Assembly: GCA_964016885.1 (NCBI GenBank)
Contig: OZ024740.1
Span: 232,748,001-232,812,000, forward strand
Reading direction: 5' to 3'
DNA from: Eledone cirrhosa
Lineage: Eukaryota
DNA: 64,000 nucleotides
Both the position numbers and the translations under genes were made by a program. Positions 15,846-31,895 of this stretch are shown one piece after another. The stretch's first letter is position 1. Every line of letters begins with the position of its first letter. The notes below the pieces were generated by a model. That model did no database searches. It had not been told where the DNA came from and was given only the letters and a program-made list of their open reading frames with translations.

Positions 15846-15860
15846 CGTATACTGGTATAT
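15000..15860. repeat. (TATG)n/(TA)n array containing a diverged inverted duplication (about 15150-15320 / 15645-15820)
   Basis: GTGTATATGTACATTTGTAGACA pairs with TGTCTACAAATGTACATATACAC; ACGTATTTATACAAGTATA pairs imperfectly with TATACTTGTCCAAATACGT. Confidence 0.8.
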
Positions 15861-15981
15861 ACGAATATATTCATATATACTCATTCAACCTGACGGGCAC
15901 AGTATCAAAATATACTAATATATTAGGTAACGATGAGTATTTAAAAAATGTTATGAAGATTATATCTATTCTGACATATAT

Positions 15982-16033
<52 letters not shown>

Positions 16034-16168
16034 TAACATTTTTTAAAACTTTGAAATGTGTGTGTTACAAAAATCGTATTAGCCACCAAAGATTAAAAAT
16101 GTATTTATATACATAATAAATATATATATAAACATACTTATATATGTATATATGTATATTTATATATT

Positions 16169-16227
<59 letters not shown>

Positions 16228-16282
16228 AGGGTGAACGCAGCCATTCTTTGCTTAAACTTTAATCTGTTACTTTAATAAATAA

Positions 16283-16404
<122 letters not shown>

Positions 16405-16405
16405 G

Positions 16406-16528
<123 letters not shown>

Positions 16529-16538
16529 TATAATATAT

Positions 16539-16572
<34 letters not shown>

Positions 16573-16626
16573 ATATATAAAAGATATATATTTATATGTA
16601 TATATTTATATGTATATATATATGTA

Positions 16627-16900
16627 TCATCATCATCATCATCATCATCAACGTTTAACGTCCGTGTTCCACGCTTGCATGGGTTTGGACGGGGGTATTC
16701 CCACTTGAGGCAAGAGTGATTGTCTTGCTCGCATAGGACTGTCTGGCAGGTTTTCTACAGTTGGATGCCCTTCCTAACACCAACCACATTTACAGTGTGG
16801 GTCTGGGAGGTTTTTACCGTGTTGCCTACACGGCCACATTACAGCGTAGACTGTGTGTTTTTTTGTCGTGACACCTACACGATCTCATTTGTTTCGGCCT
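16627..16900 (-). mobile_element. SINE family B, longer copy with (GAT)n tail
   Basis: Reverse complement of 6684-6857, with one mismatch seen by eye, extending about 95 bp further 5'. Confidence 0.85.
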
Positions 16901-16964
16901 ATATATATATACACATATGTATATGTATATATATATATGTATATACACATATGTATATATATAT

Positions 16965-17071
<107 letters not shown>

Positions 17072-17156
17072 GATATATATATGTATATATATATATATAT
17101 ATATATAGGAATAATAAATATATATATATATATAAATATATATATAGGAATAATAA

Positions 17157-17193
<37 letters not shown>

Positions 17194-17207
17194 TACATAT
17201 ATATACA

Positions 17208-17260
<53 letters not shown>

Positions 17261-17314
17261 TAAAATAACAGATAGAAGTTTAAGGAAAGAATCGGTGCGT
17301 TCACCCTTACTATA

Positions 17315-17355
<41 letters not shown>

Positions 17356-17450
17356 AATATATAAATATACATATATACATATATAAGTATGTTTATATAT
17401 ATATTTATATGTATATAAATATATATATATTTATATGTATATATATATAG

Positions 17451-17500
<50 letters not shown>

Positions 17501-17540
17501 ATATATATATATAGTAATATATATATATATATATATATAG

Positions 17541-17580
<40 letters not shown>

Positions 17581-17584
<4 letters not shown>

Positions 17585-17788
17585 AAGTATGACCCCGACG
17601 GCAGAGCTCAAGCCGTTTCGACGGCTACTTCTGGGCTACCAGTCTATCTAGTGCAGAAATAGCCGTGGAAACGGTTTGAGCTCTGCCGTCGGGGTCATAC
17701 TTTTTCCTATTCCCACTCTACTACCCTCAGTAATGAGTACTCTGGTGCGTTATGGTCCATTAGGTTCTTTACCACAATTCCTTTGTTA
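17581..17788 (+). mobile_element. Fold-back element family P2 (inner palindrome 17581-17706 plus one-sided tail)
   Basis: GAAAAAGTATGACCCCGACGGCAGAGCTCAAGCCGTTTC.../...GAAACGGTTTGAGCTCTGCCGTCGGGGTCATACTTTTTC. (TA)n on both sides. Confidence 0.85.
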
Positions 17789-17953
17789 AATATATATATA
17801 TATTATATATACATATATATATATATATGTATATATATACATATACATGCAAACACATTATATTTATGATAAACATATATACATGTATATAATATAGCTA
17901 ATTACACAGGTATATACATACAAAATATAAAAAAAAACATATATACATACATA

Positions 17954-17989
<36 letters not shown>

Positions 17990-18313
17990 GTATATATACA
18001 AATATACATATATATATGATTGACCAAACGGGGTGTATATTATACGGAGCTATATTCAATTCTAGCTATTTAAATGCATATATAAATTAAAGTAATCTCT
18101 CCATATATGTTAACTCCTCCACAATAAACTGCCGTGACAAATTGTATCAGAATTAAACAATATGGGAAATGCAACTGCTATTTCAAGCTGCTCATTATTC
18201 TTTCCTTTATTAAGGTCTAAATACGATGTATATAAGATTACGGGTGTACAAATACATACATACATATGCATGTATACATCCATGTATACATACATACACA
18301 TACATATATATAT

Positions 18314-18528
18314 ACACAGAGGAGACTGAGGTTAGCTGGACATGCTCACCGACATCCAGAGCTGGACAGACTGGAAGTGGAAGACCAAGGTTAACGTATA
18401 TTGATGCCCTAAGGACAGACACTGGCCTGTTGGAGACGCTGAACATGGCAGCGATAATGAGGGACAGAGACCGCTGGAGACAACTCGTCCATGGATCTCG
18501 GGAATTTTACTCGCCCTAGAATAGAATA
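18314..18528 (+). mobile_element. RTE-like LINE 3' end
   Basis: QRRLRLAGHAHRHPE, then GRPRLTYIDALRTDTGL...MRDRDRWRQLV, with a (TAGAA) tail. Second copy at 33726-33990 (-). Confidence 0.85.
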
Positions 18529-18538
18529 TATATATCTA

Positions 18539-18576
<38 letters not shown>

Positions 18577-18605
18577 CGCGTTCTACCAGAAGTAGAAACA
18601 ATTAA

Positions 18606-18637
<32 letters not shown>

Positions 18638-18639
<2 letters not shown>

Positions 18640-18749
18640 CGGCCCTTGCCATTCTGAGTTCAAATCCCGCCGAGGTTAACTTTGCCTTTCATCCTTACAG
18701 GGTCGATAAAATAAGGTACCAGTAATGCACTGGATAATTGCTGGACTTG

Positions 18750-18753
<4 letters not shown>
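18638..18753 (+). mobile_element. SINE family A, truncated
   Basis: B box and central domain present. Another 3' fragment lies at 19015-19073 (-). Confidence 0.85.
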
Positions 18754-18818
<65 letters not shown>

Positions 18819-19184
18819 CATATATGTATATATATATATATGTATATATATATACATATATGTATATATGTATATATGTATATATGTATATATATACACA
18901 TACATATATATATAAGTATATATGTATATATGTATATATATACATATATATATATATGTATATACATGTATATGTGTATATATGTATATATATATATAAT
19001 AATGATAATAATATTAATTGTTTCTATTTCTGGCACAAGGTCACCAATTAAACCAGTGTATTACTGGTACTATTACTACATTTATTATAATACGCGGTGT
19101 GTTTGTATGTACGTATACATATTTATATTTAAGTAACAGCCGTACTAAGAGTGAGAAATAAAATTTCGTTTCATTTTTTCCGTT

Positions 19185-19215
<31 letters not shown>

Positions 19216-19287
19216 CTATGTAAATGTATGTATATGTGTGTATATATATATATGTATATATATATATGTATGTATATATATATATGA

Positions 19288-19321
<34 letters not shown>

Positions 19322-19338
19322 GTATATATATATATCTA

Positions 19339-19405
<67 letters not shown>

Positions 19406-19408
19406 GTG

Positions 19409-19471
<63 letters not shown>

Positions 19472-19630
19472 GTGTATGTATATACACATATATATATATC
19501 TACATATATATATATATGTATATATATACACGCAAGTATATATGTATCATATATATGTATATGCGTGGGTGTCATCTTTTGTCTTATTTTGTATGTGTAC
19601 ATAATGTAATCACATGTAACAGAATAGAAA

Positions 19631-19743
19631 TAATTGTTTCTACTTTTGGCACAAGGCCAGCAAATCACCAGTGTATTACTGGTACTTTATTATATCGAGC
19701 ACGTAATTATGAAAGGCAAAGTTAACCTCGGCGGGATTTGAAC
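19631..19743 (-). mobile_element. SINE family A, 5'-truncated, with 17-bp TSD
   Basis: Flanked by AACAGAATAGAAATAAT at 19618 and 19741. Confidence 0.88.
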
Positions 19744-20126
19744 AGAATAGAAATAATAACCACCGGCACTTAGATTACGTTTGGTTATATAACGCAAATA
19801 CTGCATGCCTTCAGCCTTTGACACAAACAATTCTCATACTTTAATCGCTCACCCCGGCAGGTTGATATGCGAATTTGATTCTTACGAAATTTTAATTCAG
19901 AGCTTAATATAAGTAATGATCGAATGACTTAGCAAAATCGTCACCCTATGTTCTTTATATAATTAAAATACAAACAATAGTTTCTTTGTTTCATTTAACA
20001 TATATTCCTCCCTCTTGCGGTTTTACATGTTCTCCATTTGAGATAGAGACTAGGCATAAAGACATGCACACAATCTTATATACATACACACATACACACA
20101 TATGCATATATACATATATATATATA

Positions 20127-20216
<90 letters not shown>

Positions 20217-20307
20217 CGTGTGTGCTTGTGTGTATATATATATATTGTATATATGTATATCTGTATATATATATATATGTATATATGTATATACATATAT
20301 TGTATAT

Positions 20308-20354
<47 letters not shown>

Positions 20355-20402
20355 CATATACACACACATATATATACACACATATATATACACATATATA
20401 TT

Positions 20403-20446
<44 letters not shown>

Positions 20447-20449
20447 AAC

Positions 20450-20778
20450 TTTAGACAGGAACAAAAACAGGGTGGCAGCACAAATAGTGGTTTATTTGGT
20501 TCACGCTTTTAAGAGTGGGGGGGGGGGGGAAGTTTCGGACATAAGCCCTCCATCAGGAGAAAAGTGGGTAGGAAGAGAGTTCCGTGGTTGTGTGGGGGAG
20601 TGGTGGAAAGATATTTAAAAAAGGGAAGTGGGGGGATAGAAAAGGGAGGAAAACGATTATTTTTAGAAGTACAAATAAAAATAAAAATAAACATAAAAAT
20701 AAACAAGTGGTGGAAGGGTGTGAGGAGTGTAGGGGTGGTGGGAGGTGGAGTTGTGTGTGGGAGGCGGGGGGGGGAGGG

Positions 20779-20780
<2 letters not shown>
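20450..20780 (-). mobile_element. Penelope-like terminal-repeat remnant with a decayed short hammerhead (20529-20560)
   Basis: Minus strand CTGATG(G)A-GGGC.TTAT.GTCC-GAAAC-TT, then AATAAA. Pyrimidine-rich upstream; (TA)n on both sides. Confidence 0.5.
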
Positions 20781-20812
<32 letters not shown>

Positions 20813-21619
20813 ACACTCTGCTCTGTATGAATATTGAGTGCTAATTTTGGCATACCGCCTATGGAAGCACCATAGCTACCATTTTACGCAAGTATATATA
20901 TATATATATATATATACATAATATGTGTGTGTATGTGAGTGTGTGTATAAAATGTTCAATGCTCATACAAATTATTTTTACATGTACAGACAGATAAATA
21001 TAATAACACCATCTTTCACACTTGTATGCGCCAGTTTCCCATTGTGGAGCCATTAGCATCTCTCTAGTGTCTTCACTATGTACCTGTCCATCTGAATAGT
21101 GTTGATTTTTTATTGGTGTTGTTGTCAATGTTGTCTTTTTTTTCTTACTGCAATTTGCTATTATAATAGTTAATTTTGTTGTTACTACTCTGACAGCTGT
21201 CAAGCCATGTCATAACATTCTTCTTTCAACTTCCGTTACACGCCGACTACGTAGATGAAACTTTTTTGTCTTTCTGTTATTCATTTTTGTTGTTATTATT
21301 GTTGTTATTGAAAAGTGTTATTGTTTTATATGTTATTGTTTATCACATCTGTTTCTATATTTCAGTTATATAGTTGTTAGCATTTACATGATGGTGGGGT
21401 TGTTGTTGTTCTCTAGTAACTTTGTGGTATATATATATATATATATATAAGCAGACACGCACGCAGACACACACATATATATATATATATAGATAGATAG
21501 ATACATAAATATATATATATATATATGCATATACATAAATATACATACATATATATCTATATCTATCTATCTATCTATATATATATACATGAATATATAC
21601 ATATATCTATCATTATCTA

Positions 21620-22190
21620 GCCGCCGAGGTTGACTTTGCTTTCATCCTTACGGGGTCGATAAAATAAAGTACCAGTAATGCACTGGGTCATTGCTGGCCT
21701 TGTGCCTAAAGTAGAAACAATTATCTAGATTTCTAATATTCTATCACTGTTATTTAGCCCTAAGTTGACCCTTATTGCGCAAACCTATCATCAAACGTAT
21801 TCTAGCTGTGACCACACATTATTTTAAGGCCTCCTGAAATAAAAAATATAAAGGCAAACATTGTAAAATGTATTTTTCTTTACTTATGTTAAAAACGGAA
21901 ACGACAGACTTGGACCTTCCATTTCAGGTTGGTTGGGGGTTGGGTATTCCTAGCATTATTCTTGTGGATAATAAAGGTTAGCGTTCTTAGTATCGGTAGA
22001 GCATCGGACACCATGCTCTGCAGCATAGTGTTACGGCTCTTTATGATCTGAGTTCAAATCCCATCGAGGTTAACTTTGCCTTTCATCCTTACGGGGTCGA
22101 TAAAATAAAGTACCAGTCACGCACTGGGGTCGATTTAATTGACTTCCCTCTCTTCCAATATTGCTGGCTTTGTGCCTATATAAGAAACCA
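21620..22190 (+). mobile_element. Two SINE family A copies (21620-21722 truncated; 21985-22190 long variant)
   Basis: Both contain the central domain CTTTCATCCTTACGGGGTCGATAAAATAAAGTACCAG. Confidence 0.85.
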
Positions 22191-22210
22191 CTGTTAACGA
22201 GGAGATTGGT

Positions 22211-23345
<1,135 letters not shown>

Positions 23346-24157
23346 GTTGTCGTTGTCTACAGCATGATCACTATCACTGATGTTCCCAGTATTTTAGAAT
23401 TCTTTAGATAACACCATTCAAGGTAGAGGGGGGTGGGGGTTACAGAACCAAAGTTTTCAGCACACATGGCAGATCAGTGCAGGTCTGTAGAGCTTTGCAT
23501 TATTCTTAATGTCTTTTTTGTTTTAACATTCTAGTGTGTGATTCGTGGACGGTTTAACTGCTATCTTTACCTTGGAAAGTAACCACATGGATGCTCCTGG
23601 AAGGTCTACTGTCATCTTAATGTTGTTATTGTTTAGTCCTAGTTTAATACTGACCGAACGGATCTATAATCAAAGGTTTTCCAGTCAGAATAAACTCATC
23701 ATTTCGTATGCCAAGAGTGAGGTGGTTTCATGTCACATATATTCATTTTTAAATCTAGTAGTGAGGTAGATTTTACATTTCTACATGACAATGAAACAGA
23801 GAATGACAGTAAAGATGGTTGAGGATCTCGACACTTTACATTTGCAAAGTCAGTTCTAACCATTGCAATAAACCGTGGCCCTGCGTTGGTATCGCTTGGC
23901 GGATTACATTTTATTGCCTACTAGCCACTCGCCATGTAAGACTGCAATGCCATGGATAGAGGAGGAGAAAAAAAAACGGTGAAGAGGCCGGCCCACGATT
24001 CCTGGTGCCGAACATTCCAGAAAAATTAGACGCAGACGTACTGCAATATGCTGGACTCAGCAAATAAGGTGAAAAAAATAGGTGAATAGAAAGAAATGAA
24101 TGAAAGGAAAGGGTAGACGGAGATATATATATATATAGAGAGAGAGAGAGTGAGAGG

Positions 24158-24192
<35 letters not shown>

Positions 24193-24207
24193 AGTGAGAG
24201 AGAGAGA

Positions 24208-24241
<34 letters not shown>

Positions 24242-24509
24242 CTGAGAGAGAGAGAGGGGCAGACAGGCAGAGAAAGAAAGGGGGAAGATTAGGGCCAGGT
24301 ATATATGTGTATCTTTTCTTCCTCGAAATACATGTTACCCATGGTTGTACCATGTTACCCATGGTTGTACCGCGCTTACAATGCCCTCTGACATTGTGGC
24401 AGTGCATCAACTATTATTGTGAGAAGAATAAAATACGTATCTGTCATTGGCAGTTGAACACAGTTACAGCTGCCGAGTAACTATAGTTGTGAGATATTAT
24501 TATGCCTTT

Positions 24510-24652
24510 CATAGAGTTACGGCCCTTGCCATTCTGAGTTCAAATCCCGCCGAGGTTAACTTTGCCTTTCATCCTTTCGGGGTCGATAAAATAAAGTACC
24601 AGTAATACACTGGGTTAATTGCTGGCCTTGTGCCAAAAGTAGAAACAATTAT
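24510..24652 (+). mobile_element. SINE family A, 5'-truncated, with TSD
   Basis: ATTATTATGCCTTT occurs on both sides. Confidence 0.9.
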
Positions 24653-26019
24653 TATGCCTTTGTGATCACCGAAAAAAATCCTTCAACGTTAAATGACTAG
24701 TAGGTAAAGTTGTGATATAGAATTGGTTGTTTGTTTTCACATCCTCTTGTTGTTATCATTGACTATATGGCCTAGTTGTATTTTCGTTTACAATTTATTG
24801 ATAACACAACTGAAATGGTATTTGTGTACCATTGATGACTCAACTATAATTAGACGACAATCTGTAATCACTTATATAAAACTATGTGTCACCGTCTTTG
24901 CATGCGATGGGTTGTTACTGGTTACATTTTATGCAAGCGTGTGATTAGTGACACAGCTGTGGCTTTGACACACTGCCGAATCCGTAATATTTTTTAACAT
25001 CAGTGCTACCAACAACGTGTATTTTCTAGATACAGCTTTCAGATGTATTTAGTTAAATCCCATCTTACATAACTTATGATGACAATACTGAAATTTAGAA
25101 TAAATCTAAATACTGAGAGAATTTGTAGAGAGTGTCAACGTAACAGAGAATATCTACTCTTTAGACACGCAGTCGGCATATTTGCTAACTCAGGGTAGAG
25201 AATATAACTCATGACAAATTTTCCTTCTGACACAATCACTGATTGGATTTTTTTTCTGTTAGCACCGGTGCTGCAGATAACGAAATGTAATAACCAGGTT
25301 TTTCAAAACAACTTTTTAATATATCTTTGTCATAAGTATAGTGAATATTGATGGCAAACTTCTTGCTGGTGGCATAGCGGTTTTCTTCATGTGCTGTAAG
25401 AAGTGGCCATCTTATCATTGACCACAACTATTTACTGATGCTGCCATTTTGAAATGGCCAAAAATATTACAGTCTTAAAAATGGGGGGGACAATTTAGAT
25501 AATATATTCCGAGATACATTTTCAGATAAAAAAAATGGTCACAGATAGAACACGGTTCTTCATAGCATGGCTCACACAGAGCAGACTTATGACTGATCAA
25601 TTACAACATAGCGACAGAGGAACTGTAGCGACAGTACAGCATATACAATGACACAGCAGCTCAACTGAGAAATGTTTATTGACAAGGTAGATATAGTGAC
25701 ACAGCAAATGTTAGGGTACAGCCTAAGTAGTGGCACATAATTTGTAGTGACTCAGCAGGTGTAATGGTGTAAGCGGTGGAGCGCCGTAACGAATGTAGAG
25801 ACACGTCAGATGTAATGACATTGGATATGTAGTGAAACGCCATTTGCATTCATGTGACGTATCTAGTGACAGCATATATTGTGACACAATTAATAAAATC
25901 GAAACCTGTGCTGTAATGATGCGTATCACATCTGCTGTGTTACTGCATCTCTGTCACCTTGGTTTTATAACTACACATGCTACAATGTGTTGCCCCACAC
26001 TATACATGTGTAATGACAT

Positions 26020-26203
26020 TAATTGTTTCTACTTTAGGCACAAGGCCAGCAATTACCCAGTGCATTACTGGTACTTTATTTTATCGACCCCGTAAGGATG
26101 AAAGGCAAAGTCAACCTCGGCGGGATTTGAACTCAGATCGTAAAGGGACGTAACCATGCTGGAAAGCATGGCGTCCGACCCTCTACCGATACTGCCAATC
26201 CAC
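26020..26203 (-). mobile_element. SINE family A with 12-bp TSD
   Basis: Flanked by AATGACATTAAT. Confidence 0.92.
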
Positions 26204-26423
26204 AATGACATTAATGATGTGACATAAAAGATGTAGTAACATCTTTAGTGATACAACAGTTTTTAATGAGACAGTTGTTGTAATGACAACATTTGTTGTC
26301 GTGACACAACTGGTGTACATACATAGCCGTATATGTTAATGACACAGCCACAATTAGGTGTCATGTTAAAAGTTTTACTTCTGATGGTGACATGAAGTTT
26401 GAGCATTGTTTTGTTATCATTAT

Positions 26424-26612
26424 AAGGGCGGTTGTTTTGGCAGTATTGCTAGAGCGTCAGACACCATGCTTTGCAGTAGAGAGTTATAGCCTTTGTGTTT
26501 TGAGTTCAAGCCCCGCCGAGGTTAACTTCACCTTTCATCCTTACGGGGTCGATAAAATAAAGCACCAGTAATGTACTGGGTAATTGTTGGCCTTGTGCCA
26601 AAAGTAGAAACA
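26424..26612 (+). mobile_element. SINE family A, full length, more diverged
   Basis: AAGGGCGG..TTGGCAGTATTG...GAGTTCAAGCCCCGCCGAGG...GTAGAAAC. Confidence 0.88.
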
Positions 26613-26885
26613 TTATTAACATTACAGGCCTCTTTATTGTTGCTACGGATATTTGTACAAAAATTCTTAATACATACACTTTCGTATTTGCAAGATAGAC
26701 ATGTTTATGACACAAGTATATACAAACTTATAACGCATACTCACACACTTATACATAAACCCATTATACACAAACACATAGTATACACAGACACTTATTC
26801 AACACTCATAACACATAGGCGCGTGCTCTTATAACAAAGCTAAAGGACACACATACACATCAGAAAATATTATTTTATTGCTTTC

Positions 26886-27058
26886 AATTACTATATTTCC
26901 CGGCGCCTCGAGGACGAACCCTAAATTTGACAACCAAAAATTTGAAAAAAAAATAAAAATAAAAAAAATAAACAACCTTCGGCCTCCAGGGCGCATGGTA
27001 GATTTTTGAGACTTCTTTTCGGAAAAAAGTAGGGTCTTCGACAACGAGACAGACGGTA
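26886..27058. mobile_element. Decayed pogo/Tc2-like MITE
   Basis: Ends TACTATATTTCCCGGCG..GAGGACG / GTCTTCGACAACGAGACAGACGGTA resemble TA-CCGTATTT-type TIRs. Confidence 0.45.
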
Positions 27059-27539
27059 ATTAGCATAACCATGCTGGAACAGTTTCACAACACTCGATAT
27101 AGCCATAATTGTGCACAGTCTTCCACGATGTCTCGTCCTCTTTTAAAGTTGTACATGCTGTGTTATACTGGGGTACATTTTTGATACTATGTCGAAATAC
27201 ATTGAATCATTTTGTGATTGTGAAGATGTCTTGGCGTATTCTACATAGAAACCGGATATTGATGGCGTGTCTCATCCAGCTTCTGGTTAAACTGACGATA
27301 CAGCCAAACACTTATAGACACACCCATACGCGCACGCATATGCATCGGGTATGTGTGACTGTGTGCGTGTGCATATGTGTGCGTATGTGTTTGTTTGTGT
27401 GAGTATGTGTATGTGTGTTTGTGTATGAATATGGGATGTATACAGTTTATCGTTGAAAGAAAATGACCTGTTATTTCGTTCCATTTTGGTTGTTTCACTT
27501 TACACCTGGTTAACATTCTCTTTCAACTTTCTCCGAGAC

Positions 27540-29150
27540 ATGACACATGCACATACACACATGCACATACACACACCCTCACACGCACACACATAACAGA
27601 CACACATGCACATACGCACACCTTCACACGTACACACATAACAGACACCCATGCACATACGCACACCCTCACACGCACACACATAAGAGACACACATGCA
27701 CATACGCACACCCTAACACGCAACCACATAACAGACACCCATGCACATACGCACACACATAAGAGACACGCATGCACATACGCACACCGTCACACGCACA
27801 CAATAACAGACACACATGCACATACGCACACCGTCACACGCAGAAACATAACAGACACCCATGCACATACGCACACCGTCACACGCACACACATAACAGA
27901 AACACATACACATACGCACACCCTCACACGCACACACATAACAGACATACAGGCACATACACACACCGTCACACGCACACACATAACAGAAACACATGCA
28001 CATACGCACACCCTCACACGCACACACATAACAGACACACATGCACATACACACACCGTCACACGCACACACATAACAGAAACACATGCACATACGCACA
28101 CCCCCACACGAACACACATAACAGACACACATGCACATACGCACACCGTCACACGCACACATATAGCATACACACATGCACATACGCACACCGTCACTAC
28201 ACACACCCTCACACGCACACACATAACAGACACACATGCACATACGCACACCGTCAAACGCACACACATAACAGACACCCATGCACATACGCACACACAT
28301 AACAGACACACATGCACATACGCACACTGTCACCCGCACACACACAACAGACACACATGCACATACGCACACCGTCACACGCACACACATAACATACACA
28401 CATGCACACCCTCACACGCACACACATAATAGACACACATGCACATACACACAGCCTCACACGCACACACATAACAGACACACATGCACATACGCACACC
28501 CTCACACGCACACACATAACATACACACATGCACACCCTCACACGCACACACATAATAGACACACATGCACATACACACAGCCTCACACGCACACACATA
28601 ACAGACACACATGCACATACGCACACCCTCACACGCACACACATAACAGACACACATGCACATACGCACACCGTCACACGCACACACATAGCATACACAC
28701 ATGCACATACGCACACCGTCACTACACACACCCTCACACGCACACACATAACAGACACACATGCACATACGCACACCGTCAAACGCACACACATAACAGA
28801 CACCCATGCACATACGCACACCGTCACACGCACACACATAACAGACACACATGCACATACGCACACCGTCACACGCACGCACACAACAGACACACATGCA
28901 CATACACACACCCTCACACGCACACATAACAGACACACATGCACACACATAACAGACACACATGCACATACACACACCCTCACACGCACACACACAACAG
29001 ATACACATGCATATACGCTCACCGTCACACGCACACACATAAGAGACACACATGCACACATACACACAGCCTCACACGCACACACACATAACATACACAC
29101 ATGCACATATGCACACCGTCACACGCACATACACACATACTCGCACGCAC
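27540..29150. repeat. 45-bp CA-rich minisatellite, about 35 units, with a higher-order duplication
   Basis: Unit ACAGACACACATGCACATACGCACACC(G/C)TCACACGCACACACATA starts at 27596, 27641, 27686 and so on. A variant block recurs at about 28163 and 28688. Confidence 0.92.
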
Positions 29151-29197
29151 GTACAGAGTAACACACATTTATAATAAACATACATTTATGGTAGTAA

Positions 29198-29377
29198 TAA
29201 TTGTTTCTACTTTTGGCACAAGGCCAGCAATTACCCAGTGCATTACTGGTACTTTATTCTATCGACCACGGAAGGATGAAAGGCAAAGTCAACCTCGGCG
29301 GGATTTGAACTCAGATCATAAAGGGACGTAAATATGCTGGAAAGCATGGCGTCCGACCCTCTACCGATACTGCCAAT
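29198..29377 (-). mobile_element. SINE family A
   Basis: Reverse complement of consensus; imperfect TSD ATGGTAGTAATAAT / ATGGTGATGACAAT. Confidence 0.9.
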
Positions 29378-29761
29378 GGTGATGACAATGATGAGAATGG
29401 TGATGACGAAAAGAACGATGATGAAGAAGATAATAAGGATGATAGTGACGATGGTTACATAGATGGTGATGATGATACAGATGATGGATGATGTTGACTA
29501 TAGCGATGGTGATGATGACTATGACAATGGTGACAATAGATACGATAGGGATGGTGATTGATATTTACCGATGATATATCAAATTTTCAAATGTAAATAG
29601 GAAATATGTGTTGGTGATGGTGTGTTTGATGGTAATGTTGAAGATGCTGGGAGACATCTTTCAAATAGCATAAACAAGCTTTCACCCACATCTCATCATC
29701 ACCGATGTTTCAAAGTGTATATATATATGTAAATATATACGTATGTATGTATATATATATA

Positions 29762-29860
<99 letters not shown>

Positions 29861-29951
29861 TATATACATATTATATATATATATATATATATATATAATG
29901 TATATATATATATAATTTATATATATATATACACATAATTATATATATATA

Positions 29952-30011
<60 letters not shown>

Positions 30012-30065
30012 ATTATATATGTATGTACACAACTATATGTATATATATATATATATATATATACA

Positions 30066-30133
<68 letters not shown>

Positions 30134-30149
30134 TATACATATACATAAT

Positions 30150-30184
<35 letters not shown>

Positions 30185-30185
30185 G

Positions 30186-30267
<82 letters not shown>

Positions 30268-30376
30268 TGTATATGTATATATATATATATATATACATAT
30301 AGATATATAATTATATATACATACATACACACAAACACACGCGAGCACACACATACACACACACACACACACATTA

Positions 30377-30412
<36 letters not shown>

Positions 30413-30714
30413 TCACTATAAACGTTGGTGATGTGAAGAAGACAAGAATTCCTCAGACATTATCTATAGATCTCCGAATCCCTAAAATGTTCTGCTGGTT
30501 CTTTCATGAAGTCCGTACTCTGCCCCCGTGGTTTCAAATATGATTACTGGCATTTTGCACTACACCTGTTACAACGAGACACATTCCCACACACATATAT
30601 ACAAACATTCATTTGCACATTAAACAGGCGACTAGAATGAAAGAACACGCATTCCTATACATACCAAGGCGCAATTATCTCAACGACGCATATATATACT
30701 ATATATATATATAT

Positions 30715-30779
<65 letters not shown>

Positions 30780-30964
30780 TATATATATATATATATACTA
30801 TATATATATATATAAACTATATATACTATATACATATATATACTATATTTACAAATATATTATATATAGATATATATATTATATATATATGTATATATAT
30901 ATATATATAAACACACACACACGCATACACACACTATGACACACACATATATATATTTGTATAA

Positions 30965-31042
<78 letters not shown>

Positions 31043-31047
<5 letters not shown>

Positions 31048-31170
31048 TAAATGGAAAATATCTTCATAATACCATATTTATTTTGTACGTATTTCAAGGA
31101 TACAAAATGTTTATGTGCATTCATCAGATATAATATAATATTCGGTGTTAAGATATTGACATACCTTAGC
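31043..31170 (-). mobile_element. Family P1 fragment with a decayed hammerhead
   Basis: AAATGGAAA..TAT..ATAATACCATATTTA terminus as at 32933. Minus strand CTGATGA-ATG.C...C.CTT-GAAA-TACGTA. Confidence 0.65.
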
Positions 31171-31310
31171 GCAAACTTACCAGTATAAGCCCGCAATACA
31201 TACATATATATAGTAATAATAATAATAAATGTGAAGACTAAAATCCAAAGAGGGCTCGATAAGGATAAATATATATCAAATATATAAGAACCCTAGAGCA
31301 AATATTTATT

Positions 31311-31427
31311 AAAATAACATTAAAGTTTAAGCAAAGAATCCCTGCTTTCACGCTTAACAGGATCTTCTGAAGATCCCGTTAAGGGTGAAAGCAGCGATTC
31401 TTTGCTTAAACTTTAATCTGTTATTTT
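31311..31427. mobile_element. Fold-back element family P3 (other pieces at 16224-16277, 17258-17311, 40068-40120)
   Basis: Palindrome centred at 31368. Shared tail TTTGCTTAAACTTTAATCTGTTA. Contains CTGAAGA-TCCC.GTTAA.GGGT-GAAA, hammerhead-like but without a good NUH. Confidence 0.75.
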
Positions 31428-31759
31428 GAAATATATATATTTATATACACACACACACACACATATATATGTTTTGTTATTGAAGGACGTCAGAATGAAA
31501 AATCAATATAAAAGAAATATATATATGCTGTAGTTGGATCTTTTGTGGTAATCCTTGTTCTTGCAGAGGGTTGGTACCAAATAAAGTCTAATGATTTGCA
31601 ATAACATCTTGTAAGTTTTCCCAGAGGTTGCTGATAAGCTCATACTTCTATGATTTCCAGTCAATCCCCTCCCCCATATATATATATATGTCCCAAGGCT
31701 CTGATACCATCAACACTATAAACACAGAGCTGGCATATCTAAGAACTGACTAACGACTA

Positions 31760-31815
31760 ACTGCCTGATGAGGTCATAGCCATTGAATGGCTATCATCGA
31801 AATATATATAGCAGT
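31760..31815 (+). ncRNA. Minimal type-I hammerhead ribozyme (best-formed copy)
   Basis: ACTGC-CTGATGA(31765-71)-GGT.C.ATAGCCAT tga ATGGCTAT.C.ATC-GAAA(31799-802)-TATATA-TA^GCAGT. Perfect 5-bp stem I, AUA site after 31810, AATAAA just downstream. Confidence 0.88.
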
Positions 31816-31856
31816 AAATAAAGGATTATGAGTTCATGCAATTGACTTATGTTTCG

Positions 31857-31894
<38 letters not shown>

Positions 31895-31895
<1 letters not shown>

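Noticed and set aside
27540-29150. Regularly spaced repeats as a CRISPR array (also 34400-34672)
   Set aside because: No unique spacers, no cas genes, eukaryotic context; these are plain tandem repeats.
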